Shown here in pieces: positions 38,883-50,148 of a DNA stretch of 64,000 nt. Every line of letters starts with the position of its first letter. The stretch's first letter is position 1. Below the pieces are notes generated by a model, which ran no database searches, had not been told where the DNA came from, and saw nothing but the letters and a program-made list of their open reading frames with translations. The stretch is from positions 186,001 through 250,000 of the IMG/VR virus record IMGVR_UViG_3300035698_035366; one strand, 5' to 3'. Both the position numbers and the translations under genes were made by a program.

Positions 38883-41248
38883 ATGGCACAAATTCGGTCC
38901 AAACAAATAAAACTAAATGCAAGAGGCGATCTAATTGTTGGAAATCCACTTGCCAATGGTAGTGTTCTTGCAATTGGCGCAGCAAACACAGTATTGAAAT
39001 CTGATGGAACAGATCCATCTTGGTCTACAATTGGTGCATCTAGCCTTTCACTTACCGAAGGAAATATGTTTGTTGGTGGGCCCGGCGACATTGCTATTGA
39101 AGCTGGCGCCGTTTCTGAAGGTCAGGTTATGGTTTCAGGACCAGGACCAAACTTTAATTTTGCTGTTGGTAACTTATCCGCCGCCTTTTTAACATTTACA
39201 CCGAACCCACCGAATAACATTGCCGCCACAACTGTTCAAAATGCTATTGTTGAGGTCGCCGCCGAAAGAGCATATCTACATATTGATTCAGTAGACCCAT
39301 TACCAACCAATGATTCCGTTGATACTGCTACGCTTGGTGAATTTTTTAAGATCGGTGATCGGTGGATTAACACAATTACCGATAACGTTTTCACTCTAGT
39401 TGACTCATCGGCAAGTACCGCCGTTTGGGTAAGAGACGCAGGTGTTGCTTCAGCCTTCGTTTATAAAGGTGATTTGGATGCAGGTAATGCCGGCGACACA
39501 CTTCCGGTTGGCCCACAAGCCGGTGATTGGTATAGAATTTCTGCAACCGACGGAACTCAAAACTTCAACGCTGCATGGGACGCTTCAGGTGAACCAAATG
39601 GCGCTACCTTTGAGATTGGAGATGCGGTTGTATTTGGTGATGATGGTAATTGGCATAAAATTGATAACACTGATCCATCAGTGCAAGCAGGTAATGGTAT
39701 TACAGTATCGGCTGGATCAAACTATACAGTATCAGTTGATGCAGATGAAGTAACAATTACCGCAACGGGCGGAACTGGCACTGAACTTTCTGTATTTGGT
39801 GGCGATGCTAATCAAGTATTGCTTGGCGTAAATGCAACAAGCGATGCTGTATGGGGATTCTTAAGCGACTTGCGTGATAGTACAGGTGCATTAATTGTAG
39901 ACGGTGTTGAGGTTGCCTCCGCTGTCAACAATATAGCAATTTCAAACTCTGCAACTGGTATTGCTCCTTCAATTACTGCTACGGGAACCGACGCCGACAT
40001 CGATTTAATAATTGATCCTAAGGGTACTGGTAATTTACAATTAGATGGTATTCAATGGCCAAATAATGGTATTCCGCCACATCTATTCTTGTTGCCAATA
40101 CAGCAAATGAACTAGAGCCAGCGACGCCAATTGATACTGCTGGTGATCAGGTATTATTCTTTAATGATACAACAAATAATGTTGAATGGACCCTTGCATC
40201 CACAATTGGTGGTAATGCTTGGTCTACAATCTCAACTGATAGTGGAACAGCCACGGCAGATACAACATCGGATTCATTAACATTAACTGGTGGCATTGGT
40301 ATTGGTACCAGTGCAACAGACGATCCCGAAACTGTAACAATTAGTTTTAATAACAGCGGAATGGTAAGTACAGCCGTTGTTGGTGCTGACACGATTCCAT
40401 TCTTTGATGCATCGAACGCAGATGAGCCAGAGTTCCGCTCTTGGACAAATATTATTTCTGATCTAACAATTTTAACAGATTCTACGTTCTCAAATGGTAT
40501 CCTAGTTAAGACTGGCGCAGGAATATATGCTGCTAGAACAATTGTTGCATCGGCAGTTAATAACGAGCTTGGAATTGCCGTAACAAACGGTAATGGTATT
40601 GCTGGTAATCCAACAATTGGTGTTGATATCGTTGGACAGACACTTGAAACAACAATTGATGGACCAAATGATTTTGTTCTATTATATGACGCCTCGGCTG
40701 ATAAAAACGTTAAGGTAAGAGCTTCAGATTTGGCTTCTGTTGGTGGTGCAGTTACAACCGCATTCGTAACAATGACCGATGGTTCTAACAATGCTGTTGC
40801 AGATAGCGCAACTGATACATTTACATTTACAGGTGGCGAAGGTGTTGATTTTGTTATATCTGATATTGCCAATAATGCAACAGTAACAGGTAATTTAGAT
40901 GTTAATGGGTTAACGATTGAAAACACTCTTGATGAAACAAATGACTTTATCGTGTTCTTTGATGCTTCTGCCGGTGTACACAGAAAAACCGCAATAACTA
41001 ATGTTGCGGGTGCTGGTGGTACGGTTGGGCAAGATGAAACAACCGCAACGGGAGGAGCCAACGAAGCATTTGCTGCTTTCTTCACTAACACTCCATTAAA
41101 TGATGATGCAATTAATGTATTCTTTAATGGTATTAAATTGCGGACAAGTGGCTGGTCAAGAACAGGTACAACATTGACCTTAATTGACGTTGTTAATGGT
41201 TATTCTACTGAATCTGGAGATATTATTGCTGCCGATTACGAGTTCTAA
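38883..41248 (+). CDS. Tail-fibre/virion protein split by a single-base frameshift at ~40074
   Basis: ORF 38883..40115 and frame 40082..41248 join as ...GIPATSILVANTANE... if one C is added. Confidence 0.7.
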
Positions 41249-41325
41249 TAACTAAAATAAAAAACTTCTCAACCAACAAAAAAATTATAATAACTAAGTT
41301 GATTGGGTTAATGTAGGAGTTAAAA

Positions 41326-41964
41326 ATGTCGCTTATTAAGATTAAGCAAATTAATAATACACCAGCTAATACGGGTGATGTCATTACATTTAATGGCACA
41401 AATAACGTTTGGGCACCAACAAATGCGTTACAGATTGTAACATCTTTTGTGGGTCTTCCAGGAAGCCCGACCACTAATGATGTTGTGTTTTACATGCCTT
41501 TCCAAACATTAATGGTTTTTGATGGTACAGATTGGGTCGGTCCTAAGACTATACAACCAATGTTTTCTAACAACGGAAGAATGAGAAATAGTACATGGAT
41601 GGAAACAGCTGGTGGGGTTAATACTGGTATCGGTAATGGTGGTAATCCTATTGGTTTATTATTCCCTGCTATGGGCTCAGTTGGTGCAGCTTATAACATT
41701 TATGGTTTTTCCGGAACAAATAGTGAAACAACAACTAGTTCAATGGAATTGCATAATACCAGCACTGCATCTAATCCCGTATTTGGTACAACAGGTATAG
41801 GACAAGTTGCTTCGATCACAGCCGCTAAGAGCTTCGATCTTACTTTTTCTTCGCCTGATAAGATAAATAGTGGTGATGTGCTGCAATGTTTCTGGAGAAG
41901 AGTAAGTGGCGACGCTCGAGATTTCACTTTGCAAGTAACATACGCCCTAGTGGCAACGGCATAA
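41326..41964 (+). CDS. Virion structural protein
   Basis: IKIKQI N-terminus resembles the 38883 protein; G/T/N-rich. Confidence 0.65.
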   Translation: MSLIKIKQINNTPANTGDVITFNGTNNVWAPTNALQIVTSFVGLPGSPTTNDVVFYMPFQTLMVFDGTDWVGPKTIQPMFSNNGRMRNSTWMETAGGVNTGIGNGGNPIGLLFPAMGSVGAAYNIYGFSGTNSETTTSSMELHNTSTASNPVFGTTGIGQVASITAAKSFDLTFSSPDKINSGDVLQCFWRRVSGDARDFTLQVTYALVATA

Positions 41965-41974
41965 GGAATACAGA

Positions 41975-44900
41975 ATGGCTGACGCAAATGCATTACGCAA
42001 AATAATAATTCTAAAAAATGTATCAGTATCTGATATAACCGTTGCCGGTGCGCTAATCCCCGCAGGACAACAAGGTGATTTTAGTGAAGTTCCTATTTCG
42101 GACCTGTTTGACGATCCATTTTTAGAACCGGCTATTGCTTCTGGTGATATCATTGTTAATGATGGTACAGGGGATTTGTCAGCTGATGGTGGTGATATTC
42201 ACATCCGTCGTGATTCACAACATACTCGTTGGGTAACACCATGGACCGATGAAGATGGTCAGATTTATGATGATCCCCTACCAACTGAGCATTTAGTTTT
42301 AATTAGTACAGGAACAAATACTAACCCGGTTTGGGATTGGCCTAGACTTAGGATTAGGGATGATGGTGTTATAGTACCAGGATTAACTGGGCCGGGAACA
42401 CCAATGGATATGTTGGATTTCACTGGTTCTGGTGTAACAGTAACCCACTTGGGTGGGGGAATTGCTGGAATTGATATTGCTGGTCCAGGCTTAGTAATCC
42501 AAGAAGAAGGCGGAACTGTTACTGGTGGGCCACATGATACTTTGAATTTCGTTGGTGCATCAGTTACCGTAACCGATGGAACTGGCGGCGTTGCAACAAT
42601 TACACTTGATGCTGAAAACAATACTGCTTCAAATATTGGTGTTGGTGGTGTTGGTGTATTTGATGGTAAGGTTGGTGTAGATTTACAGTTCAAAAATATT
42701 AATGCTGGATCAAGTAAAGTTTCGATTACTGACGACTCTGGTAATAACGAAATTGACATTGATGTAGATCCAAGCAATATACTAACTTCGACCCTAAATA
42801 ACGACGAAAATTGGGCCGATGATCAGAATTTGTGGCTAACCGTTGCTGGTGATTCAGGATCAACCGCAGCTAATACAACGACTGATACGTTGACAATTGC
42901 CGGTGGTACAAATATCTCAACGTTAATGGCGGGTGATACCTTAATAATTAATACAACCGCTATGCCCGATCAGAATTTGTTCTCTCATATTGTTGCTGAT
43001 TCGGGATCAACTACTGCTGATGTTACAACTGACACATTGAACATTGTTGGTGGAACTAATGTAACAACTACAATTGTCGGAGATACATTAACTATTGATG
43101 CAACTGGCGGGGGATCAGGTGAAGTAAATACCGCAAGTAATATTGGTGTTGGTGGTTTTGGTGTATTCGATGGAAAAGTTGGAGTAGATTTACAATTTAA
43201 GAATATCAATACTGGATCTAATAAAGTATCTATTACCGATGATGTTGGTAACAACGAGATTGATATTGATATTGTTCCAGGAAATATCCTAACATCAACT
43301 TTGAATAATAACGCTAATTGGGCTGCGAATCAAAATTTGTTTGAAACGGTTACTGCTGATTCGGGATCAACTACTGCTAATGTTACAACCGACACATTAA
43401 ACATTGTTGGCGGAACTAATGTAACAACAACTATTGTGGGTGATACATTAACCATTGATGCAACTGGTGGGGGAGCAGGTGAATCAAATACGGCTTCGAA
43501 TGTTGGTGCGGGTGGTGTTGGCGTATTTGACGGAAAGGTTGGATTGGATTTACAATTTAAGAATATCAATGCCGGGTCTAATAAAGTAACTATTACCGAT
43601 GACGCAGGCAATAATGAAATTGATATTGATGTAGATCCAAGCAATATCCTAACTTCGACCCTAAATAACGACGAAAATTGGGCCGCTAACCAAAATATAT
43701 GGTTAACAATTGCTGGTGATTCGGGTTCAAGTGCAGCTAATACAATAACTGATACATTGACTGTATCAGGTGGAACTGGGATTGATACCTTGGTATCGGG
43801 TGATACGCTTACTATTACCAATAGTAATCCAAACGTTGATCAAAACATCTTCCTAAACGTAACTGATGGATCAAATACTGCGGTTGCTGATAGTACGACA
43901 GACACGTTAACAATCGCCGGCGGATCCGGTATTGACGTGTTGGTCAATCCTGGAACTGACACGGTTACCATTTCGTATTCAGGAGTAATCGGCGACTTAG
44001 ATCAAAATCTGTTTGAAACAGTGTCTAGTGATTCAGGATCAACCACCGCCAATACAATAACTGATACAATAACAATTGCCGGTGGTACTGGAATTGATAC
44101 ATCGGTATTAGGTGATACCCTAACTATCACTGCAAATGCTAATGTTCCAGCTAATCAGAATTTATTCGAAACTATTGCATTATCAGGAAATACCACTGGT
44201 GATACTTCGGTGGTGGCAGACACAACTACTGATACATTAAACATTGTTGGTGGAACTGGCGTAACATTAACTGGTAACGCAACAACCGATACAATTACTA
44301 TCAGTACAGATGGACAACCAGATCAGAACTTATTCGAAACAATTACTGGTGACTCGGGTTCAACCACTGCTAACGTAACAAATGATACCTTAACAATCGC
44401 GGGCGGAACTGGGATTGATACAGTAGTTTCTGGAGATACATTAACTATCACTGCAAATAATGCTGTACCAGCAAACCAAAATATATGGCTTAATGTTGCA
44501 GGCGATTCGGGCTCAACTGCGGCAAATACAACAACTGATACCTTAACTGTATCGGGCGGAACTCTTGTAACAACCAGTGTTTCAGGTGATACTTTAACAA
44601 TTGATGCTAGTGTAGCATTAAATGATATATCAGATGTGGATCTAACTGGTCTATCTAACAACGACATACTAATATATAATTTGAGCAGTGGTAATTGGGA
44701 AGTGGGAACATTACCTGCTCCAGGGGAAACTAATACTGCTTCTAATATCGGTGTTGGTGGTGTCGGTGTATTTGACGGAAAAGTTGGTGTAGATTTACAG
44801 TTCAAAAATATTAATGCCGGATCTAACAAGGTAACAGTTACCGATGATGCAGGTAATAATGAAATTGATATTGATGTAGATCCAAGCAATATACTAACTT

Positions 44901-47467
44901 CGACCCTAAATAACGACGAAAATTGGGCTTCTAACCAGAACGTATTCGTTACTGTTAATGCTGATTCTGGTACAACTACTGCGGATACAATAACAGATAC
45001 ATTTATTATTTCCGGTGGTTCAGGCATTAGTACATCTATTTCAGGTGACACACTAACAATTACAAATACAGTTAGTCATTTATTGAATAAACTTGATGGT
45101 ATCGTACCTCCTACAGTAAATGATGACAGCGGTGATGGATATGAAGTTGGTAGCTTTTGGGTTGATACTGTAGCAGATGAAGCATATAGACTAGTAGATG
45201 ATACGGTTGGTGCAGCCGTATGGATTAATACCACACTAGAAACATCAGAGCTTGCAACTGTTGCGGTTTCAGGAGATCACTTAGATCTAATCAATATTGG
45301 AACAAATAGCCACGCACAAATTGATAGCCATATTGCTAATGTGACTACAAATCCGCATAATGTAACAGCGATACAGGTTGGAGCCGCCGCAACTGCATCT
45401 AATGTTGGTGTAGGCGGTGTTGGTGTATTCAAACAGAAAACAGGTACTGATTTAGAATTTAGAAACGTAAATGCTGGATCCAACAAGGTAACGATTTCAC
45501 TTGACGCAGGAAATAACGAAATTGATGTTGATATTGATCCTTCCAACATTCTAACTTCAACCCTTAATAATGACAGCAATTGGGCCGCAGATCAAAATCT
45601 ATGGTTGACAGTCGTTGGTGATTCAGGTTCAAGTGCAGCAAATGCAACAACTGATACGCTAAACATTGTTGGTGGTTCAGGAATTTCAACTGCAATGTCC
45701 GGTGATACGTTGACTATTTCAAACAGTTCAGCTAATGCTGATCAGGATATATGGTTAACAATAGCCAGTGATTCGGGATCAACCGCAGCTAATACAACGA
45801 CTGATACTTTAACCATAGCAGGCGGCACCGGAATTAGTACCGCTGTTTCAGGTGATACATTAACTATTACTAATGATTCACCAAACGATGACCAGAATAT
45901 TTGGCTAACTGTTGTTGGTGATTCAGGAGCAACGTCTGCTGATACAACGACTGATACTTTAAATGTTGTTGGTGGTTCAGGAATTTCAACTTCAGTATCT
46001 GGTGATACATTAACCATTAATGCAACCGGTATGTCAGGAACTGAAATGCCAACAGCACAGTTAACAAAAACTGGAAGTGTATATGTTACAAGTACGTCAC
46101 ACACAGATGTTGTTTTTGATACAATTGATGTAGAAAATGATGACACTGTTCTTGATATTGATCCAGATTTAACACACATTGATGTTTTGGAAGATGGTTT
46201 ATATTTCATTGGGTATTCAATGGATGTTGATTCGGGATCTAATGCAACCACACTTTCTGTCCATCTTAGAGATGTTGGTATAACTCCTATTGTTGACATT
46301 CCGGGAACCGTTCGAACCTATGCTGACGCAGAACACGGAATACTTGCTGCCAGCTCATTCGTTTACCTTGATGCAGGAAGTCGGCTCGAGATTGAAGCAA
46401 AAAGAATTGGATCCAATACGCCCACCATAGTTAATCCAACCATGTATGCTATGAAGGTTGAAGGTGCTAAGGGTGATCAAGGTCCTGCAGGGTCTGGATC
46501 AAGTATTCTTGTTAAAGATGAAGGCACGAATGTTGTAAATACCCCACATGATGCATTAAACTTTGTTGGTCCCAGCGTTACAGTCACAGACGGTGGTAGT
46601 GGAGTTGCAACGGTTACGATTTCTGCAACCCCAGACCAGGACTTATTTAAAACGGTAGCTACCGATTCTGGTAGCTCGGTTGCAGATAATTCAACTGATA
46701 CCTTGACTCTCAATGGCGGATCAGGAATTTCAACATCAGCTTCTGGTGATACAATTACGATAACAAACGATTCGCCGAATATTGTCCAAGATGTATTTAA
46801 GACCGTATCTAGTGACTCGGGTAGCTCGGTTGCAGATAATTCAACTGATACTTTGACAATTACGGGTGGATCAGGAATTTCAACATCAGCTTCCGGTGAT
46901 ACAATTACCATCTCTAATACATCTCCAAATATTGTTCAAGATGTATTTAAGACAATTGTTGTAAGTGGGCAATCTAATGTTGTAGCAGAAAGTTCCGCTG
47001 ATACCCTAACATTGGTTGCTGGAACTAATATGACTATTACTACTGATGCTGGATCAGATACTGTTACGTTTGCAGCATCAGGCGGCGCCGCATATGGCGC
47101 GGGATTTGAAGAATCGTCAAGTGATTCGGAATCAAGCACTACATCATCATATAAACAAACGAAACTAAGCCATACAACCGCATCGTTAACAAGTGGACAT
47201 AAATATAGAATTGGATATTCGTTTGAATGTAAAAACTCCAGTGATAGTGGCAAAGTTCTAGTTGATGTGGAAATTGATGGTACTGATATAGGCAATACCT
47301 ATTATCAACCAGGCGAGGATTGCTCAAATAACTATATTATGCAATCAGGTTTTTACTATTCCGATAGTTTGTCTGGTGCAGAAACTATTACAATAAAATT
47401 TAGTAACAGTGGTTATGGAACAGCGTATATTAAGAAAGCTAGAATAGAAATTTGGAGAGTCTCATAA
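41975..47467 (+). CDS. 1830-aa repeat-rich tail-fibre-like virion protein
   Basis: 5 copies of NTASN.G.GG.GVF...LQFKNINAGSNKV... and many DSGST.A...TDTL...GG repeats. Confidence 0.8.
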   Translation: MADANALRKIIILKNVSVSDITVAGALIPAGQQGDFSEVPISDLFDDPFLEPAIASGDIIVNDGTGDLSADGGDIHIRRDSQHTRWVTPWTDEDGQIYDDPLPTEHLVLISTGTNTNPVWDWPRLRIRDDGVIVPGLTGPGTPMDMLDFTGSGVTVTHLGGGIAGIDIAGPGLVIQEEGGTVTGGPHDTLNFVGASVTVTDGTGGVATITLDAENNTASNIGVGGVGVFDGKVGVDLQFKNINAGSSKVSITDDSGNNEIDIDVDPSNILTSTLNNDENWADDQNLWLTVAGDSGSTAANTTTDTLTIAGGTNISTLMAGDTLIINTTAMPDQNLFSHIVADSGSTTADVTTDTLNIVGGTNVTTTIVGDTLTIDATGGGSGEVNTASNIGVGGFGVFDGKVGVDLQFKNINTGSNKVSITDDVGNNEIDIDIVPGNILTSTLNNNANWAANQNLFETVTADSGSTTANVTTDTLNIVGGTNVTTTIVGDTLTIDATGGGAGESNTASNVGAGGVGVFDGKVGLDLQFKNINAGSNKVTITDDAGNNEIDIDVDPSNILTSTLNNDENWAANQNIWLTIAGDSGSSAANTITDTLTVSGGTGIDTLVSGDTLTITNSNPNVDQNIFLNVTDGSNTAVADSTTDTLTIAGGSGIDVLVNPGTDTVTISYSGVIGDLDQNLFETVSSDSGSTTANTITDTITIAGGTGIDTSVLGDTLTITANANVPANQNLFETIALSGNTTGDTSVVADTTTDTLNIVGGTGVTLTGNATTDTITISTDGQPDQNLFETITGDSGSTTANVTNDTLTIAGGTGIDTVVSGDTLTITANNAVPANQNIWLNVAGDSGSTAANTTTDTLTVSGGTLVTTSVSGDTLTIDASVALNDISDVDLTGLSNNDILIYNLSSGNWEVGTLPAPGETNTASNIGVGGVGVFDGKVGVDLQFKNINAGSNKVTVTDDAGNNEIDIDVDPSNILTSTLNNDENWASNQNVFVTVNADSGTTTADTITDTFIISGGSGISTSISGDTLTITNTVSHLLNKLDGIVPPTVNDDSGDGYEVGSFWVDTVADEAYRLVDDTVGAAVWINTTLETSELATVAVSGDHLDLINIGTNSHAQIDSHIANVTTNPHNVTAIQVGAAATASNVGVGGVGVFKQKTGTDLEFRNVNAGSNKVTISLDAGNNEIDVDIDPSNILTSTLNNDSNWAADQNLWLTVVGDSGSSAANATTDTLNIVGGSGISTAMSGDTLTISNSSANADQDIWLTIASDSGSTAANTTTDTLTIAGGTGISTAVSGDTLTITNDSPNDDQNIWLTVVGDSGATSADTTTDTLNVVGGSGISTSVSGDTLTINATGMSGTEMPTAQLTKTGSVYVTSTSHTDVVFDTIDVENDDTVLDIDPDLTHIDVLEDGLYFIGYSMDVDSGSNATTLSVHLRDVGITPIVDIPGTVRTYADAEHGILAASSFVYLDAGSRLEIEAKRIGSNTPTIVNPTMYAMKVEGAKGDQGPAGSGSSILVKDEGTNVVNTPHDALNFVGPSVTVTDGGSGVATVTISATPDQDLFKTVATDSGSSVADNSTDTLTLNGGSGISTSASGDTITITNDSPNIVQDVFKTVSSDSGSSVADNSTDTLTITGGSGISTSASGDTITISNTSPNIVQDVFKTIVVSGQSNVVAESSADTLTLVAGTNMTITTDAGSDTVTFAASGGAAYGAGFEESSSDSESSTTSSYKQTKLSHTTASLTSGHKYRIGYSFECKNSSDSGKVLVDVEIDGTDIGNTYYQPGEDCSNNYIMQSGFYYSDSLSGAETITIKFSNSGYGTAYIKKARIEIWRVS

Positions 47468-47488
47468 TATTATTGAGGATTATTAAAA

Positions 47489-48421
47489 ATGGCATTATAT
47501 AACAAAAATAAAACTGGTTCAATTAAGACAAATCAGCTTCAAGTAGAAATTAACAATGATCTAACTATTGTTCCTTCTTGTACTTCTATATCAAGCAATG
47601 GGGATGATTTAATTATTGAATTTGCTGATACTTTGACGGGTGCAGAGGAAACTCAGCTTGATACATTGGTTGAAAACCATGTACCAACCGCCGATTTGGT
47701 AAATGCTGCTATGTTCCCTATATCAGATATTGATGGAATTAAATTAGCGGTTCATTCTTCCCCGAAACCTGATGTTCCCGGTGTAAAATCTATTGCAGTT
47801 TGGACTGGTGCTGGAGATGATCCAATAACTGGCTCTATTGGAGGAGGTGAATTATTGGGTTTTGAGTGTACTCCAGGAACAGCACTGGTTGAAATTGATG
47901 TTAAGTTTTCACCAGTAAACGGACGAATATGGATTCATGAAGGTTATTTGAAATTTGATAATGGTGGCGTTGGTGACTATATGGATTCATTGGTTATTTG
48001 CAATCCGACGCCATTGCAAACATCAGTTAATTTGGATTTAGTTATTGACGGAGATTGGATTAAATATTCACTTAGTGGTCCAGGAACCGGAACTCATGGC
48101 TTCGCCGATCCTACTTTAATTTCATTGGTGCCAAGACCCTTTTTAAAAGATGGTGATTGGGATTATGATGGGACAAATCTTACCCCTAATTTCGCAGGGG
48201 ACGGAAATTCTAAAATTTCAGCTGTAGAGAAAGTTGTTAGCAAATTTCTAAATAAAATTCCTGTTAAGGGGACTTCATCGTTTTTCACAATGACTTCCGA
48301 TGAAACTACTGAATTGCCTGCAAATTTCTTCCTTAGAATTCGTGCTCATAATGTATCAAATACGACATGGTCAGCAACGGCTATTATGGAAATTTATAGA
48401 GAAAAAACAGTCGACGATTAA
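47489..48421 (+). CDS. Virion-associated hypothetical protein
   Basis: ORF track; follows the fibre gene. Confidence 0.65.
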   Translation: MALYNKNKTGSIKTNQLQVEINNDLTIVPSCTSISSNGDDLIIEFADTLTGAEETQLDTLVENHVPTADLVNAAMFPISDIDGIKLAVHSSPKPDVPGVKSIAVWTGAGDDPITGSIGGGELLGFECTPGTALVEIDVKFSPVNGRIWIHEGYLKFDNGGVGDYMDSLVICNPTPLQTSVNLDLVIDGDWIKYSLSGPGTGTHGFADPTLISLVPRPFLKDGDWDYDGTNLTPNFAGDGNSKISAVEKVVSKFLNKIPVKGTSSFFTMTSDETTELPANFFLRIRAHNVSNTTWSATAIMEIYREKTVDD

Positions 48422-48498
48422 AATTATTAAGAATATTGATATTCCTTCTATTATTTGTTATATTAAATTATAATATCATAATAAAAGGGTTATAATTT

Positions 48499-49431
48499 AT
48501 GGATAATCAATGCAGGACTACGGAAGAATTATATGATGAATGTAATCGGATCGTTAAGGAATCTGAACATGTATCAATCACACCATCCAAATATGTAAAT
48601 TTTGATCATGCGTTTGTGGAGAACCCAGAGCCAGTTTCAATGGTGTGGTACCTAAGTGAAGATACAGATGATCACCAACAGGCGTTTGGTGAATTTATAG
48701 TTTCTTCCGCCTTTAATGGTGGTTACTGGTATGATACAGATCCCGTAACACAATGGGAAGTAAATGGTTCCGGTAGCATGGCTATGGAAAAATGGATACG
48801 TGAGGAATTATTCAATAACGGCCTTCATCCATATCATTGCCAAGACCGTCAAAAAGTTATAAAGAAGCTTTATCCAAGTCTTGATTTGCAGCCAAATGCA
48901 GCACATCGAAAAAGAATTATATCTGAACTTGCGTTTAATAACCGTCGATTTGCAGAACCCATTATGCGTCAAAGACACACAAATCGAGAAGAATACACTT
49001 TCAATTGGCTCGATGTTTCATTTTTAGCAGATTGCTTACCTGAATCATTTGGTGGAGATCCGTATTTGAAAAAGGCTTGTTTAGTATATCTCATATTTAC
49101 GGGTTGGCTTCGATCAAAGGGTATTAAAGTTACTGCTGATTTCCCAATCCCAACCGATTATCAAATGCCACGAATTTTCCAATATGAAGGAGCAATTGAT
49201 ATTACAGTAGCTTTTGAAAACGAATTGAATGCCGGGAAGCTTGTTGATGTAACATCACCAGAAGTAATGGCTTTTAGAGCAGCGGGAATTGTTGTCGCAC
49301 ATGAACTTGCTGAACGTTATGGTCTCGATGATTACCAGATTGATAATGTACTGTTTAGTCTGTATCGCAAAGACGAAAACTTCATAAAAAACTCTGTAAA
49401 ACCAATGCGTTGCATGAGCATGTGGTTCTAA
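48499..49431 (+). CDS. Queuosine-salvage (Qng1/DUF2419)-like glycosylase
   Basis: DPYLKKA.L, P.DYQMPR...GAI, E...RAA, IDN.L pattern. Confidence 0.55.
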   Translation: MDNQCRTTEELYDECNRIVKESEHVSITPSKYVNFDHAFVENPEPVSMVWYLSEDTDDHQQAFGEFIVSSAFNGGYWYDTDPVTQWEVNGSGSMAMEKWIREELFNNGLHPYHCQDRQKVIKKLYPSLDLQPNAAHRKRIISELAFNNRRFAEPIMRQRHTNREEYTFNWLDVSFLADCLPESFGGDPYLKKACLVYLIFTGWLRSKGIKVTADFPIPTDYQMPRIFQYEGAIDITVAFENELNAGKLVDVTSPEVMAFRAAGIVVAHELAERYGLDDYQIDNVLFSLYRKDENFIKNSVKPMRCMSMWF

Positions 49432-49689
49432 CATGCATATTGACACCCTAATACAAGAATATGTTGTAATTCGCGATAAAATGCGAAAAGCGCAGGAAAT
49501 TGAGCAGGATTTGCGTTCCAAATGGTTTAATGAAGATGATTATCTAACAAACAAAGCCATTATGAAAATACGCAAGTCATGGTTGAGCCAACTTGATATT
49601 GTTAGTAATTTGTCTCAAAAAGCTAACAAGGCCAAGCGTTTGATTACTGAAGAGCTTGACAATCTCCCCAGTTCATAGTATAATAAGCT

Positions 49690-50136
49690 ATGACAAACAT
49701 TACAACAAACCGCCGCGCGAAATTTGACTACGAACTGGAACAATCCTACGAAGCGGGGATTGAGCTCGTTGGTTCAGAAGTTAAGACTCTTCGAACTCGT
49801 GGAGCCAGCATTGTCGAATCATATGTAGAGGTCAAAGACGACGAATGTTGGTTAATTAATGCTAACATTGAACCATATGAACCAGCTAGGATTAATCATG
49901 AGCCAAAGCGTCGCCGGAAGCTTTTGTTGCACCGGCGTGAAATCGACCAGATGACAGTGAAAGTTCAACAGCGTGGATATACTATTGTCCCAGTAAAAAT
50001 GTATTTTAATTCCAGAGGCCGAGTGAAGATTGAAATTGCTATCGGCAAGGGGAAGCATACATATGATAAGAAAAGGGCTATTCGTGATCGTATAGTTGAT
50101 CGAGAAACCCAACGAGAGATGAAGAATTTAGGTTAA
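49690..50136 (+). CDS. smpB: SsrA-binding protein SmpB
   Basis: NRRAKFDY, EAGIELVGSEVK, RKLLLHRREI, KGK..YDKK. Confidence 0.97.
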   Translation: MTNITTNRRAKFDYELEQSYEAGIELVGSEVKTLRTRGASIVESYVEVKDDECWLINANIEPYEPARINHEPKRRRKLLLHRREIDQMTVKVQQRGYTIVPVKMYFNSRGRVKIEIAIGKGKHTYDKKRAIRDRIVDRETQREMKNLG

Positions 50137-50148
50137 CAGGCATATAAA

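Noticed and set aside
42265-47295. Long minus-strand ORFs opposite the fibre gene (also 40147..41091, 26992..27633)
   Set aside because: Antisense shadows of biased-codon genes; no SD or motifs
41975-47467. Diversity-generating retroelement TR/VR pair
   Set aside because: Repeats are in-frame coding modules without evident adenine-specific variation; no reverse transcriptase in the window
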